Under the pieces are notes generated by a model. It searched no databases. It was not told where the DNA came from and saw only the letters and a program-made list of their open reading frames with translations. This document shows positions 11,887 to 25,609 of a stretch of 64,000 nt of DNA, piece by piece. The stretch covers positions 9,952,209 through 10,016,208 of the forward strand of contig NW_002060943.1 in NCBI RefSeq assembly GCF_000150275.1, read 5' to 3'. The position numbers and the translations under genes are program-made. Numbering within the stretch: the stretch's first letter is position 1; the number at the start of each line of letters is the position of its first letter. This stretch comes from Trichoplax adhaerens. Taxonomy: Eukaryota > Animalia > Placozoa.

Positions 11887-14800
11887 ATGATAAATTCCAA
11901 TAAATATGATTATTATGCACCTAACTTCTCGATGGCGAATGAAGAATCAAACTATGAATCCGATTGCTCATCAGATGACTCGGTGTCAGAAAATTCGGTA
12001 ACTTTTATGTGTACACGTGTAACATATCGTAGATTCTATCCTTTCGGTATGATTAATAAATCTCGGTACATGTATTTTGAACGAAATTACGTTACAGTAA
12101 AGCAAACATTCAAATCATGGTGTCGAGATGGACATGTAAAAATGTACCCTTATACTCTACAGATCAGAACAAAATCCCAAATTTGCTATAGCCTGGTTGT
12201 GTTGCTGAATTCGTATAAATATTATTGGACTTGATTCTTCTTATTATTATTATAAGATTTTGATTAATGATATTGTATAAACATAAACAAGTAGAGTACA
12301 GTACGCACTTGAAATGATGGAAGGTTATAAAGTACAGTATAATGCCTCTAGTAAGATGCACTTCCGCACAAGCTGGTGGCACCACAGTAGCAGTGACTTG
12401 TTTTTAACGGAGTGAACAAAATGAGATTATACAGCGTAGTAATGATAGCATTTTATTCTGAAGAAGAGGGAGGACTATGTAATGTCGGGTACGGGCAGGG
12501 CAGTAGTAAACTAATAAATTTTAATTATACAGTATCATTCAAATGAACAAGCCTACAGTACTGTACAGTACTATACATATCTTGGATAAGCTATAAATGC
12601 AGTGAAATATTGATTGAAATACTGTACTGTATATCTATCGTCTAGGCTGATTTAGGGTAGCTGCAGGATTTGATGGATTACCCGTACAGTATTCACCATT
12701 AATTCTAGGATCTCTTTAGTAACAAGAATACAGCTTGCCGTAGTTCAAAATGTAGGAAAATACGATCTTATTCTATAGTGATAAAGTATTTACTCGGGGA
12801 GGACTTGCATATAAACAGCTTGTGTTTTCTAAACCCTCGATAATCCGGACAGCTTCGGTATCGAAACATAATCGTGCTGATGTTATGATTTACCACGTCA
12901 TAATTTACGAACCTGTGAAACCTTCCGGTTTACTGAGTGAAATAATCAGATGTAACTGAGGATCGATGAATTTAGTGGAGAGTTTAAAAAAATCTTTGAT
13001 AACAGTAAAAGAAACTACCGAATAGTTTTGCAACCGCCCCTACATATGCCATCAATTTTATAGAGATTCACGGATTTTCAACATGATAAAGCATTTTATA
13101 GTGTAGTTGATAGGACCGTAAAATTTCGAAATATTTACGCAAACATAAAGTTAACCAAATATAACAATATAATAAATTGTACTTTACTATACGCATATAA
13201 TGCATTGAGAAAATTTGTCGGCACTAAACAATTTCGGCGAATATCTTCATTCGTTTTGGCTGTATCCGTGCTGAACATTATTTATTAATTAAGGAATCAA
13301 TTTTTTATGTAATGTAGTTCTGACTGGATAAGACTAAAATATGATTTCTTAGATCAATATTCTTTTTTATTTCAATATACCTAGTCCGGCGATATTTCAT
13401 TAAAAGCTCAACTTCTGCACTATCTAAGTATCCTGGAAGGTGAAATACAAGCTAGAGACTTAGTCATAGCAGCTTTAAAGGTAAGTCATCATGCATACAT
13501 ATGCTGCACATAAGACGATAAATAGAATCAACACTGTTCTTTTAAGCGTAACTGTTGTAAACAGGTTGCTCCCGCGTATAAATTCCACTTACGAATACAT
13601 CGATCTGTAGTAATTATAGATTATGTAAATGCATATCGTACCTAACGGATCTCAGTAATCAGATTTCATTGAAATATAGAACATAATTGAGACAACAAAA
13701 TACGTACTAGACACTTCAGAATCTGTGCAATCTGTAAACAGTTGAATTTTAAATTGGTAAAAGTTTAATGTCATCAGTGCAAATGCACAAATCGTAATTA
13801 ATTGATGCTATGAATGGTTTTGCGTATGTTCTAAGGTTCTGCCTATGAACTAAAGTTTGATAGTTAATTTGGTTTTGTTACTGATTATGGTTTTAAATAT
13901 AGAGTCGGTTTAGCGAATTTTCTACGCGAGAAGAACCATTATTCGGTTTATTAAGGGACTATCACTATGCCAGTTGTAACAAAATTAAAGATAAGCAGTG
14001 TAATAATACAAAATTAAAAGCCAAAGCAGAGAAGGCCCTTAGTCATACAACTACATATGAAGATTCGTCAGTTATATTTAGCGATATTATCGGCAAGCAT
14101 CGCCTCTTACATTCTAAGCTATCATCGCATCTACATCTCTTGAAGCAGAAACATGAAAAGGTCAGCAGCTGTAGTTATAATAGTTTGAGTATTGCTTAAA
14201 TGTAGTATCTAAAAATATACATCTTAAGCAAAGATCCCACAAACTGTTGTAAAGGGGATACTTACAGCAGTGATATTAACAGTTACTAGTTTACTTCCAA
14301 TCGATGCCATTTACAGCACTGTAAAGTAAATAAGGAGAAAAGTACTACGCAATTCGGTAATTATCTAAAATTTTGCTTGATCTTTGTGATAGACATTAGC
14401 CGAATTCAATTCATTAAAGGAAGACCAAGATAGCGATATTATACAAGCTAATAAAACCATCACAAAACTCCTGAACGTTCAACAACAATTACTTTATCAA
14501 GTGAGTGTTATAATCTTATCTTATATATATATAAGGAAATATACATCATGGCATATCATAACAACAGTAAAGCTATCCTGATCAAAATATACGTTTATAA
14601 AACTAGAAAATCATAGTAAATTATTGTAGTATACTATTAATCAGTAATTTAATATCCTGATCATTTTCGATAGCTTCACATCGGAAAAGAAAACCAAAAG
14701 AATTTACACGAGAGAATGATAAAATTAAACCAAAAATTTTTACATGAGAAAATGAAAAACGATAAGTTAAAAAAGATGTTCATGGAAGATAGAGAAAGTT

Positions 14801-17800
14801 TAGTTCAGGAACTAAAGCAAAGTAAGTTGTCCAGCTCTAAAAAGATCGCAGGTGATTTAGAAAAGCATAGAAAGGAACTTGAGGAATTGAATGACCAAAT
14901 ACAGGAAGAGCGTAATTCCTTTCGCAGGCAATTAAGTGAATATGAAGATAAGATGAGATCATTTGACGAAGCAAGGCAGGAGATTGACGAATTAAAAATG
15001 ATGTTGGCAGATTCTAATAACAGAATTGAAATATTAAAATTAAAATTAGATAATAAAGAAGTAGAAGTTAGCGATTTACGTAATAACTTAGTTCATGTTA
15101 CTAAACAAAATCAGACGTCGCATTTAAATATTGAAGAAAGAACTACGAATGATAATTTTAATACAAGGAATACGACTAATGATAGCCACATAATTGAATC
15201 GCCAGCGAAAAGCAGTGCTCATTCCGAATTATATGAAAAGGGAGAAAATTTTTCATCCAACGAAGTAAAGGGAAAATGTGCCCCTCCACCACCGAAGCGC
15301 GTGTCTTCTCTCTTAAGCTCAAGTGAATCTATAAATTTAATTAAAGTTACCAAGGTCAAGGATAAGTCAAGCTCCGATGACAGCAGAAGATTAAGTGAAG
15401 ATAGCGTAGTTAATATACCGGCACAATCCTATAATGACGACCAGTTACTTCCGGGAAAAATACCTGATGAAATTTTGGCCAAGAAATCGAATCAAGTTGA
15501 AAAGATTAGTAATTCGTTGAATACGAGTATAGCAAAATCACACGAAGTAGTCGAATCACCTGTTTTACAACCTGGCAATGATTATAAGTACCAGCATGAC
15601 AGTGATAGCTTACATAGCGATTCTTCTAGTAGCTTAAGTACTGTTTCTTTAAAGATTGGATATTTAGATGAAGGAACCATATCAGGCGCGTTAAGAACAG
15701 ATAATAGTAGAGAATATTATCAGAATAAATCTGATGTATTAGAAATGCTGCCGTCTGCATTCAAGGATAAAGAATCTTCGTATCAAACATCTCCTAGCTC
15801 AGATTCTTCAACTGATGATGAATTTGAAAAAATGCTCATGTTATCACAAATTTCAGGTTGGATGTTCAGTTTACATCATATATATGTTATAATATAGAGT
15901 AATGTTGCCTCATTAGCGGAATCCATACTATGCAATCTGCCAATGAGCAAATTTTAAATTTTAGTTATATTGCTTAAACGAGGACGTAATATATAAATGA
16001 CACTTGATGATTAGAATATCCTAGTGTTTATTGAATTAATTGATAGTCGATAATTTGTTTCTTTAGACGAAATTTTTCAAAAGACCGTTATGTCTCCTTT
16101 ACATGTCGCCATTCTGCGGGGGGATTTAAATTATTTAAATGCCCTTCTGCAAGAAGGAAGTTTAAAGAGTTTAGTTAATCTTTCGAATAATGATGGAACT
16201 ACACCTTTACACATTGCGTCTGCAACAGGACAGACAGGTTGTAATCTTTCAAATTTAAAGTAATTTTAAATAAGTTCTAGAATATTAATTGTATACTGTT
16301 TATTATGTTGACTCGTAATTGATGAACATGTGAATACTTCGTTACATCGTAGAATGTCTCACACTTTTATTGCAGCATGGTGGTAACGTAAATGCACTAC
16401 GAGATGATAATGTATCTCCACTTCATACAGCAGCTATGGAAGGTTACACCGAGTAAGATTTGCAGTGAATTTGAATTATCTACTTTCTCCAAAAGATTAA
16501 TATATGTTGCTATAATAGATGTGCTAGAATTCTGTTGGAATTTGGAGCAAATCCTGCAGCTGTGGATAAAGCTGGATGGACTCCTATATATACAGCAGCA
16601 ACAAGCGGTCATTTAGACTGTTTAAAGTTATTTTTGTCTATAGAAAATTCTAATGTTCTTGCTGTGTCCAATCCGGTATGTTATTTCTAGAAGTTACTCA
16701 GTCTGTAACTGTGTATGCTTTCACCTTAGTGTTTTAAACCGGGTATCTTTTATTTACCGATTACACAAAAAATTAAAATCTCTTTATGATCGAATAGTTC
16801 AGTAGTACAGAGGAATAGTGCTACATTGTTACAACTGTAGACAAATGTAGTTAATATTATCTACTCAATTGCTGAGGATAGATAGGTTGATACGTCGGTA
16901 ATAATTTTCTAAGTGGATCGTTATTGGGCTTTCATTACTTATGTATAGTTGCTGGGAGATATAAATCATTTTAGTACATTGACAATTTGATATCTTTAGG
17001 GTGGCTGGAGCATCCTACATGGTGTTATTCGCTATAATCAAGTAGAGGCCTTAAGGGTACTGTTACAACATATCCTATTGTTATCTAAAGATCGACGCGA
17101 TGATTACGTAGATTTAATTAACAAAGTTGACGACGATGGATGGTCACCTGCACACGTAGCAGCAGCCAACGGTTTTAAGGTTAGAAAGTTACGATACAGT
17201 CGTTGGCGATGATATACAGTCTAATTTTAGCTTAAAGTCTCTAATTAAAGTATTTCTTCGTAGGCTTCCTTATCATTATTACTCTCAACTGGTGAGGTAG
17301 AATTTACTTTAGTTGATAGGTGGGGTAGAATGGTTATTGATGTTGCAACACCCGAATGTTGTGAAATATTATCAAAAAAAGGTAAAATTTGATAAATGAA
17401 AATTCGAAACACGGAACAAACCAATAATTATTTACAATTACTGATTGTAAGGTGATATTTACTTTTTTGGCAAGCCTTACCAAGTTTATATCAAATTTTC
17501 GTAACTTTGTAGCATATACAAAAATGGCGCTATTCCTGAACTGTAATATACCAGTGTTAGGAAAAGGTACTGATTAATTTCAAATAGACTTTACTATCTT
17601 TGAAAATATCTATCTTTACTGTAGATTACTTTTCAATAATGTAATATATTATAATGCAATATGGAAATTGATTGTTTATTTAAAAGGGAATACTTGCATT
17701 AATATTGCTGCTTGCAATATCACGAGCGATTGGAATTGGGATTTTGTGAATAAGGCAATCGATGAAGCTCTAAGAAACTATTCAAACGCCTTATCTCCAG

Positions 17801-20800
17801 GAAATAACCGCTTATACGAAGGTAGGATAAAGAAATAATAACTGGATACTACAGCGCAACGTGGTTATCTCTAACTCATCAATCATTACATACTTGTAGG
17901 TGCTATAGAACCTTTACATTTGAATTTTAAGTCGATATCGAATTTTCAATGTGGTATTTATACTTGGTTACCCGGTGAATCTCCGTCAAATGGTGGTAAA
18001 GAGCCCTACGTTTTTTTTCGAGCGTGTGCAAGAAATTATACCGATAAAGGTCGTAAAAGGTGTATAAAATATTCCAAATTGGTCATAACTCTAAAAGGTT
18101 AGTAAACTCCAAAACTTATTGTTTTGTGTTTTTGTTTCCGTGACTTCAAGTGTAAAAGATAGCACAACATGGCTTTACTGTAATAGGGATGCTAATATTG
18201 TAGTGATAATAATACGGTAAAATTTTACATTTGCCTACAGGATTTGAATCAGGACATCTGAACCGATTAGAGTTCGAATCTCTGATACCTCTTCCGACGC
18301 TGCAAAAATATTTGTCCTTGGTACGTAGTTCTTATATAAACATTTAATTTAATACTATCCCATATTAGCTTTCCAAAATTCCCTTAAATGAAGATATTGG
18401 TGTTTCCCTGTATAAAATATCAGATTAAAGAAAGTAAAAGCGTAATATTTTATGGTCCACCAGGAACTGGTAAAGTCGATCTGATTAATAAACTTGCTCA
18501 ATTCGTTAACGTAAGTGCTCTAATTTTTACGTCACTGTTCACTTTTAGAATTGAAACGAGATTTTATTTGTATATGTATCAGTCAGTACTCACTACTGCA
18601 ATATTCATTGACTTAAAGAACTTGATTAATTAATGTACTATGCTCGGTTACATTAATATTTGTGATAATATGACGAATTTTTTAAATTTATGTATTATTA
18701 GTCTGATAATGAGAAACAGAAGCCGGACGTAATTCGTTTAAGCAAGTGTAAAAGTTATCGACGGCGAGATATCATCGAATTGCTATATAAACGGCAGCTT
18801 TTGATACCATCAAATTATCCTATAAATTACCTTAAATCGGGTGGAACTTCAGTTATAATTTTAGACAATTTAGCCCAAGTTTCGTTATACTCTCTCTTTG
18901 GTGAACTGCTATATGTAATAAATAACCGTGGTCCGTCATATTTGGTTAATATTAAGCCGACGCAGATTATTCTTAAATCTGACAACAACGAAGTCATTTC
19001 ACGAGAACTTTCTGGAGAATATTTTCTTCGCGAAAATGTTTATATCATTGGCGCGTTAGACAGAATTGAGTAAGGCAAATTTGAATGTTAAGATATTACC
19101 GATTAATGATATGGTAAAGGACTATGCACTGCACATGTAGCAATGAAGCCGATGACCGATTAGTAATTAATTCCGCTTTCGCTGTTATTGAAGCCTTTCT
19201 AGTATTGATACAAATGCCCAAAAGCACTTTCGATGGATACAATTGCGGTTCGATCGAGAGCCAGTTTCTGGCCTTTTAATACGCTATTTCAATAGAAAAA
19301 TAATACATTTAAATGGTGGTGTTTTCCGTAGCAGGTAATTCAATTATTAATGACTTACCTAAAAATCACATTTTGTCAGTGAAATATTCACATCTACTGT
19401 AGCATAGTGTATGGGATTGTAGATAAATTTAAAATTTCTGAAGTTAGATTACTGGCCCTGAACTGTATCGTAATTCATTTATATAGCTGTTTTACGCCTT
19501 CCTAAACTGTAACTCTTTATTGTAAATTGAAGCTACTAGTAACAATTGAATACTTTATAGTACCGTTTCTATAAAACAAGCCGTGGATTGGATTTGTCTT
19601 TGTTGGAAGAGGCTAAACTTTTTACTTGCTAAACTTGGTCTGCAGCAACTCATATTAGGTGTTGAATCATTACTGCCTTAGATATGGATAAATCAAGTAT
19701 TTAATGGATAAAACCGAATTAAAAAATACTTTAATCGTTTGATTTCTCGTTACTATTTTGTAATTGATGACCAATACTTTTATCAGGTCCACGACATTTT
19801 TTTACTTGCGCAGCTGATTTATTCGATAAGAATAACATTCTAAAGTAAGAACTGGAGATACTTTTATTAATTGTCCTTTACGAATTTATGAACATGATCT
19901 TGCTATTCTTAGGTGGATGTCTCTATGTTGGAATCATGCTATCGCCTCCGGAGTAGAAGATGCTATTTTGCATAAGAAAAATTCTGGAACTGCATTTCCA
20001 GAGCAAGTTGCATCAACGATTTTGTGGATTCTTTTGTGTAAAGCAATAATGCCGGATTGTCCGATAGATGAAGATGGTGAGCATTTAAGTATTTCATTAT
20101 GCATTCAGACATCGAGTGATGATGTCAAGTTGCGATACTATTATTTATTTTTTTTAATGCCGTAATAAAGAGTTCCGATGATGTGTGAAATAAAGGTTTT
20201 AATTTTTAGATAAATTGCCGTATTTTTCTGGTTTTCGGGCATTTGATACGGAGAAGGCTATCAGTGCCGGAATTATAAGCAATAATGGAAAAAGTTCAGA
20301 AAATACAAGTGTAGTATTACGGAGGAAATCAGAAAATTTTACAAATAAGGGTTCGAATGATTCTATTAAGCTTGGCACTTATGGTAATTTTACCTACGAA
20401 AATTATGTTAGCACCAATAAGCTTTTATTAATTTACGTTTACGTCTTGATTTTCTTAATTTTTAAGGTACAGAAATTAAGACTCCGTCGGAACTATTGGT
20501 TGATAAAAATTGCTTTATCGACATTACCCGTAAGGTGTTGGAAATACTACACATTCATGAATTGCTAAGAATCTCAGAGTGGAACGATAGAATACTATCT
20601 CGCTTAGCTTCTATCGCTCTGCTTAAAGCTGAAGATCGCTTAAGAGCAGTTATTCAGTTAGCTTCTTTAGAAAACCCAAGTTTTATGTATATATTTATCA
20701 ATTCTTTTGAGAAATTACGAAAGCAAACATGCTACATGGGTCTAATATCGGGAAAGAATTGTACCGTTGGGATTGATAGCGGCTTATCCGGCAGTTTATC

Positions 20801-20963
20801 TTCTTTAGAATCCCTTACGGAATCGCGAGCCAGTACTGAGTATTTGTCAGACATTGGTAATAATTCTACTTTGGGAGTTAGCTCTAATAGCACTAAAGTA
20901 AGTACGGACAATTCGCAATGGACTAGCCTCAGCGGAGCAGATTTGGATTACCTAGTACCGTAA
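11887..20963 (+). CDS. CTTNBP2: Cortactin-binding protein 2-like: N-terminal coiled coil, proline-rich motif, ankyrin repeats, P-loop/AAA-like domain; about 25 exons
   Basis: Exon 13385-13480 encodes LLHYLSILEGEIQARDLVIAALK (CortBP2 N-terminal motif). The coiled-coil exon at about 14674-15856 contains PPPPKR. Ankyrin repeats lie at about 16070-17380 (SPLHVAI, DGTTPLHIAS, GWTPIYTAA, DGWSPAHVAA). Also GPPGTGK (about 18450), HFRWIQLRFDREP (about 19230), LGPRHFFTC and WMSLCWNHAIASGVEDAI. The first exon (ATG 11887 or 11932 to donor 11997) is inferred from phase compatibility. Confidence 0.85.
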
Positions 20964-23426
20964 CCGTCGTAACACGCCCAAAATTGGTCTATTAAATGAC
21001 CTCATCAAAAGCTCTAAAAGATGTACTGACCGGAAACGAGTTGATAACATACGTGTATTGCAATTCTGTATTGCAGAGGTCAGTTGTCATTATGCTGTAC
21101 AATTGCAAGGCTCGATAGATGTTAGTTAAAATATCGCTAACATTCGGATTGATGCATTTTATGATTAGTTATGTTGCAGGACATATGATTTTTAATTTAT
21201 TAAAAATTTTAGAAATGATTGATAAGATTTTTAAAGTAATTATTTACAATTTAACGCGATTTGAAAAAGGCTTAAAAATGTATTCTGGTATCTAATGTTG
21301 GGTCTTAAATACTCCTTCATCGTGTGATAAAATTTCTAAACGCAAGAGCGATTTATATGTTCTTTCGTTTGGTAATGTTATGCTGATACATAATTTTGGC
21401 TGGAAAACTTTTTGGGATCCTTTAATATTAATTTATTATTAAGTGTTATCGCGAGATATTAGAACCGTTCGCGCTGATCTAATAGTTGATGATAATTTGG
21501 AAGATTAGTACCTCGTAAATATTTTGAACCGGTGATAGTCTTTCTGATTTTTTTCGGCAACTAAGCGGGTCGGGTACAACACTGCATCGAACTATGGCTT
21601 CGCTAATCTTTTTGTTAGTATAGTATCAAATATTTTCTTAATATACCGTATATGTATGTACATCTGTACTGTACTGTAATGTATACGAATATATTCAAAC
21701 ATTCCAATATAACAAACATATGTCATATACAGCGCGCTAATAATACAGTTATTTATATCATTAGTACGTACTGGTGCAATGATGCTATAGGACATAATAT
21801 GTATAACAAACCTAATCTTGGTCTTTTTAGGAAAATGTATTAAAACTGTATAATACTCGTATGTGTCTGCATATCCCAATGTTTTCTTTGTAACTTTCCG
21901 CTACTAATATTGCTACCAAATGTGGGTTTTGAAGTAAATCAGTAAATTAAAGAACTTAAATTATGTGAAAATTTATTATAATATTTTTACCTCTATTTCA
22001 TTTTTGTACGCATAGTGAAATGTTGAGATGCATTGAAATTACGATTCTTTTGTTTTTTGTGATTTATTTTAAATGGTGATATTTTATGAAATATTTACTC
22101 ACTCTAAATTTTGTTTGACTCTTTTATGGCATGCCATTTGAGGAGAGCATTATGAGGTCTTATAGTTAGTGCTTACCGTAGTGGTACCTTTGCCTGTTAT
22201 GTTGTATTCAAGCTCATTATATTTTCTTGTAAGCAGACTGGACTGAAGCTTTGAAATCCGTAATAATAAAGGATACGCACATGTGTTAAATATCAAATCA
22301 AATACTCTAATATTAAACATCAGTTAATTAGCCTCTACATTACAGTACCTTGATGGTTTATAGATAAACAAATGTTAACTATTGTATAGTTGTAGTGTAT
22401 GACAGCCAAATAGGCATGAAGCACAATTACACCGATAGCATTTCGCTTTGTAAGTAGAAACCATCAGCTCTCATTTTGGGTCATGCAGTGTATTGCATAA
22501 CCTTAACCGGAAATCTACATCCGTGTACTCCTCGTCTAGTAATCGGCCGTAAATGAGTGTGCGGACGGTCATGAATTCATAATTGCAACAGTTCCACGGT
22601 ATGTTTTCAGTCTGTAACCATGCTATCCTCTGCGATTGGTTTTTCTATTTATGATGTACAGTAGCATAGTGAAAACTTCCCGGTATTCCCTTTATCCTGC
22701 ATAATAGAGTACTACAGTATTGCAATAAACTCTTCATTAAGAGTATGCCTATCTTAGTTTCAATTCAGTTTTAATTATAGATGAACAGAATGCGAATTTG
22801 ATGCATACTCTCGTGAACCCTAATACCTAAACTTGGGTATAGTAGAAATTTTAGGCTAGTACATAGTATCTTATATTGATACATTATTACGGTTACTCCT
22901 ATTTAGTGAAACCGTTAATAATCCGATCATTTATACAAATTATACGTAATTTCCCATTTATCACTGAAGTCTCGTTGAGGTGAATAAAGTACAGTACTAA
23001 ATAAATTCTTTTAGGCCACAAATTTATTTCTAGTAAAAGAATACTGTTTGCTGATCTCATACAGCGATATGCGATGTATCTGCAATTCAAAGCATCACTA
23101 GCGAATTACACATACTATATAATGTACAGTAACTTATTCAGCATCGCTAAATATAAAAGTCAAAGGTGCCTTTCAATTTGTTTATATGCAATTTAATCTA
23201 CAATATGTATGATTCAAAGAGATGACTTTCTAGTACTCATAAAAGACTTCACCATATCTCATATTTCAAAATTTATTAGATTATCTGACCATTCTGAAAT
23301 ATAGAGAAAACTTCGACCGATAAAATGATTCTATTACCGCAACTTCGGTAAAGTATGAAATACCCCACAATAATTTGTAGTTATGTTACTTGAAAGTTCT
23401 TTGAATGGAAGTTATCCAAACAGCTG

Positions 23427-25523
23427 TTAGTAAAATGTATTCGGCCTCTTCGCTACGAACTTGGATTTAAATTGTGATCTTATGATACGATGAGGCAGAG
23501 GAAAGCGGATTTTTGAATCCTATCGGAGCAAAATGATAGTTATTATTATGCATTTGAAAGACCTAGCTAGAATGTCGAAAATATGGTAGTAAATCTGCGG
23601 AACTTACGTGAAACTGTTTAATTGGTTGCCTTCTAGTTTTGGATGCTACGATGGGCTCTACCTTCATAACCTGAATAGATCGGGCTCTTGCTCGATGTCT
23701 AGCGCCCATTTCGCGATCTATATGACGTAACGAAACGGGTAACAACAAATTAATGCAGGTGATGTAAAATAATACTCTAAAAGATTCTAAAGTAATTTTA
23801 ACATAATAAGATAGGCATACAAAGATCACAAATCTACTTTACCACATCGTATTTCTGACTAAATTTATGCCATAATGGGTTACAAGATCAATACAGAATT
23901 TGCTTAGAAATTTAATATTATTTTAATTAGCCTAAACTCCATAAGTCGGCCATTACCAGATATAATTTCATCTACGGTCATTTACAAATTACAACGTACA
24001 TGGTAAATAATTGAACAGTGCACTATAATGCATAGGTATCAGCATAGCAAACTGCTATTAAGAATTCGGATCAACTCTAATAGATTCTATCATTTGCGTT
24101 ATATAGGCAAAATAATTATCACAACTACAATCTGATACCAAGTGCTTTAAGACTTCCATACATATGCATCAACTTACACAACGCTGTGACTGCACCACCA
24201 ATGGTCAAATCTCGAAATTCTTTGTACATGTTGTGAGTTCCACTGCGAGAGTCATACCGTAGCCAAATTCCAAAATTTTTAATTTTCGTTGGAGTTTTTT
24301 CTGTAATCTGCAATAATTTACGAATTATAAACATTTAACTAACAAAGTTATGTAACCCTTCAAAACTAGAATTTAAATTCTGTCGTAGCGTTAACGAGAT
24401 AATTTTCATATCCCAAGTAAAAATATGCGTTACAGTACAGTATGTAAACGTACACTAGTTGAACCAGTTAGGGCATTACAAAGCATATAGGCATTTAGTA
24501 TTAAGCTTATTATCGGGTTCTGCTAGGGTCTAAGCTTACACAGATCGCAAGATATTCATTATTTATGCTTATTAACTACTAATAAAGTTAAAATTTAAAA
24601 AGAAACACTGTTATGTTGCACTTTTATAAACACAAAACTTCAGATCTACAGATTTCGAGTACAGTTACACAGATTATGAAACAGTCTTTCTGTTGCATGC
24701 TGCGTTCTCTTGGCAATCAAAATGGTTTATGCAATATTATGAATAAGCATTTACCAAACGGCATTCTAAAATTTCGCCAGTCCCCTTTTTAACTTTTTTA
24801 AGTTTACGAACAAAGTACCAAAATCTGGATTTGGCAGTTACTTCATTTGAGGCAAAAATACGCATTCTATAAAGCGCGGGATTCGGTTCCTTATCGGTTG
24901 GTGCGTGACGACCTGTCACGCGATATTCCTTCAACTAGAAACAAAAAAGTCCATATTAACTTCCTAAGACTTCCTTTAATTTTAAGAACAAAATATTATA
25001 TGCATAATACGACTCGATAATTTTATGCACTGAGTGAATCTCTGATCAGTGTGGATACAAGATACTATGCCATACGAAATACAATATTTACAATTAATAA
25101 TACGCTCGCGTAAGTATACTGTAGTCCAGGACAGTTATTGTACTGTACACTGTACACTGTACTGTACAGTACAGTACTATAATGTTTGAGGGAGACATGT
25201 ACAGTACAATGTACTGTATGAGGTATACAGTGCAGTACAGTACAGTACTGTACATGACTCACAATTTTCGGACTCGACAGTACAGTACTGCACAGTACAG
25301 TACAGTACACTGAGTACAGTACAGTGTACTGTATTGTAACTCTAATGTGCAGTAGGTCGCAGTGTTTTTCCTTTTATCTTTTCTACACTGTGCAGCGTGC
25401 ACTGTACAGTGCTGTACACTATAGGGCGTTCCAGCCATTTGTTTGCGACGGCTCCCCCAAAAAATATTTTTTTGGAGCTGTCGCCTGACATCGCTGAAAA
25501 CGGCTTACAGGTTCATTGTGCAT
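23427..25523 (-). CDS. RPL18A: 60S ribosomal protein L18a (eL20), 5 coding exons (25523-25509, 24934-24755, about 24308-24179, about 23717-23608, about 23519-23427)
   Basis: MHNEP|LKEYRVTGR...[21 protein letters not shown]...[26 protein letters not shown]...[13 protein letters not shown]...[11 protein letters not shown]...KRPNTFY*. Confidence 0.97.
25110..25420. repeat. (TACAG/TACTG)n array in RPL18A intron 1
   Basis: tactgtacactgtacactgtactgtacagtacagtacta and similar runs. Confidence 0.9.
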
Positions 25524-25537
25524 ACTGAATTCACTAC

Positions 25538-25558
25538 TAAAGAAAAGAAAAAGGGAGG
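25538..25558 (-). promoter_or_regulatory. Oligopyrimidine (TOP/TCT-type) transcription start tract of RPL18A
   Basis: The minus strand reads CCTCCCTTTTTCTTTTCTTT about 15 nt upstream of the ATG. Such tracts are typical of ribosomal protein gene starts. Confidence 0.7.
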
Positions 25559-25609
25559 TAAAGGGGCCGTCAGCGCAAAATAATACGGAGGCCTGTCATT
25601 TTTTCGGTC

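Noticed and set aside
24040-24100. C/D-box snoRNA in RPL18A intron 3
   Set aside because: The C box is degenerate (ATGATAG), there is no terminal stem, and I recognise no rRNA complementarity
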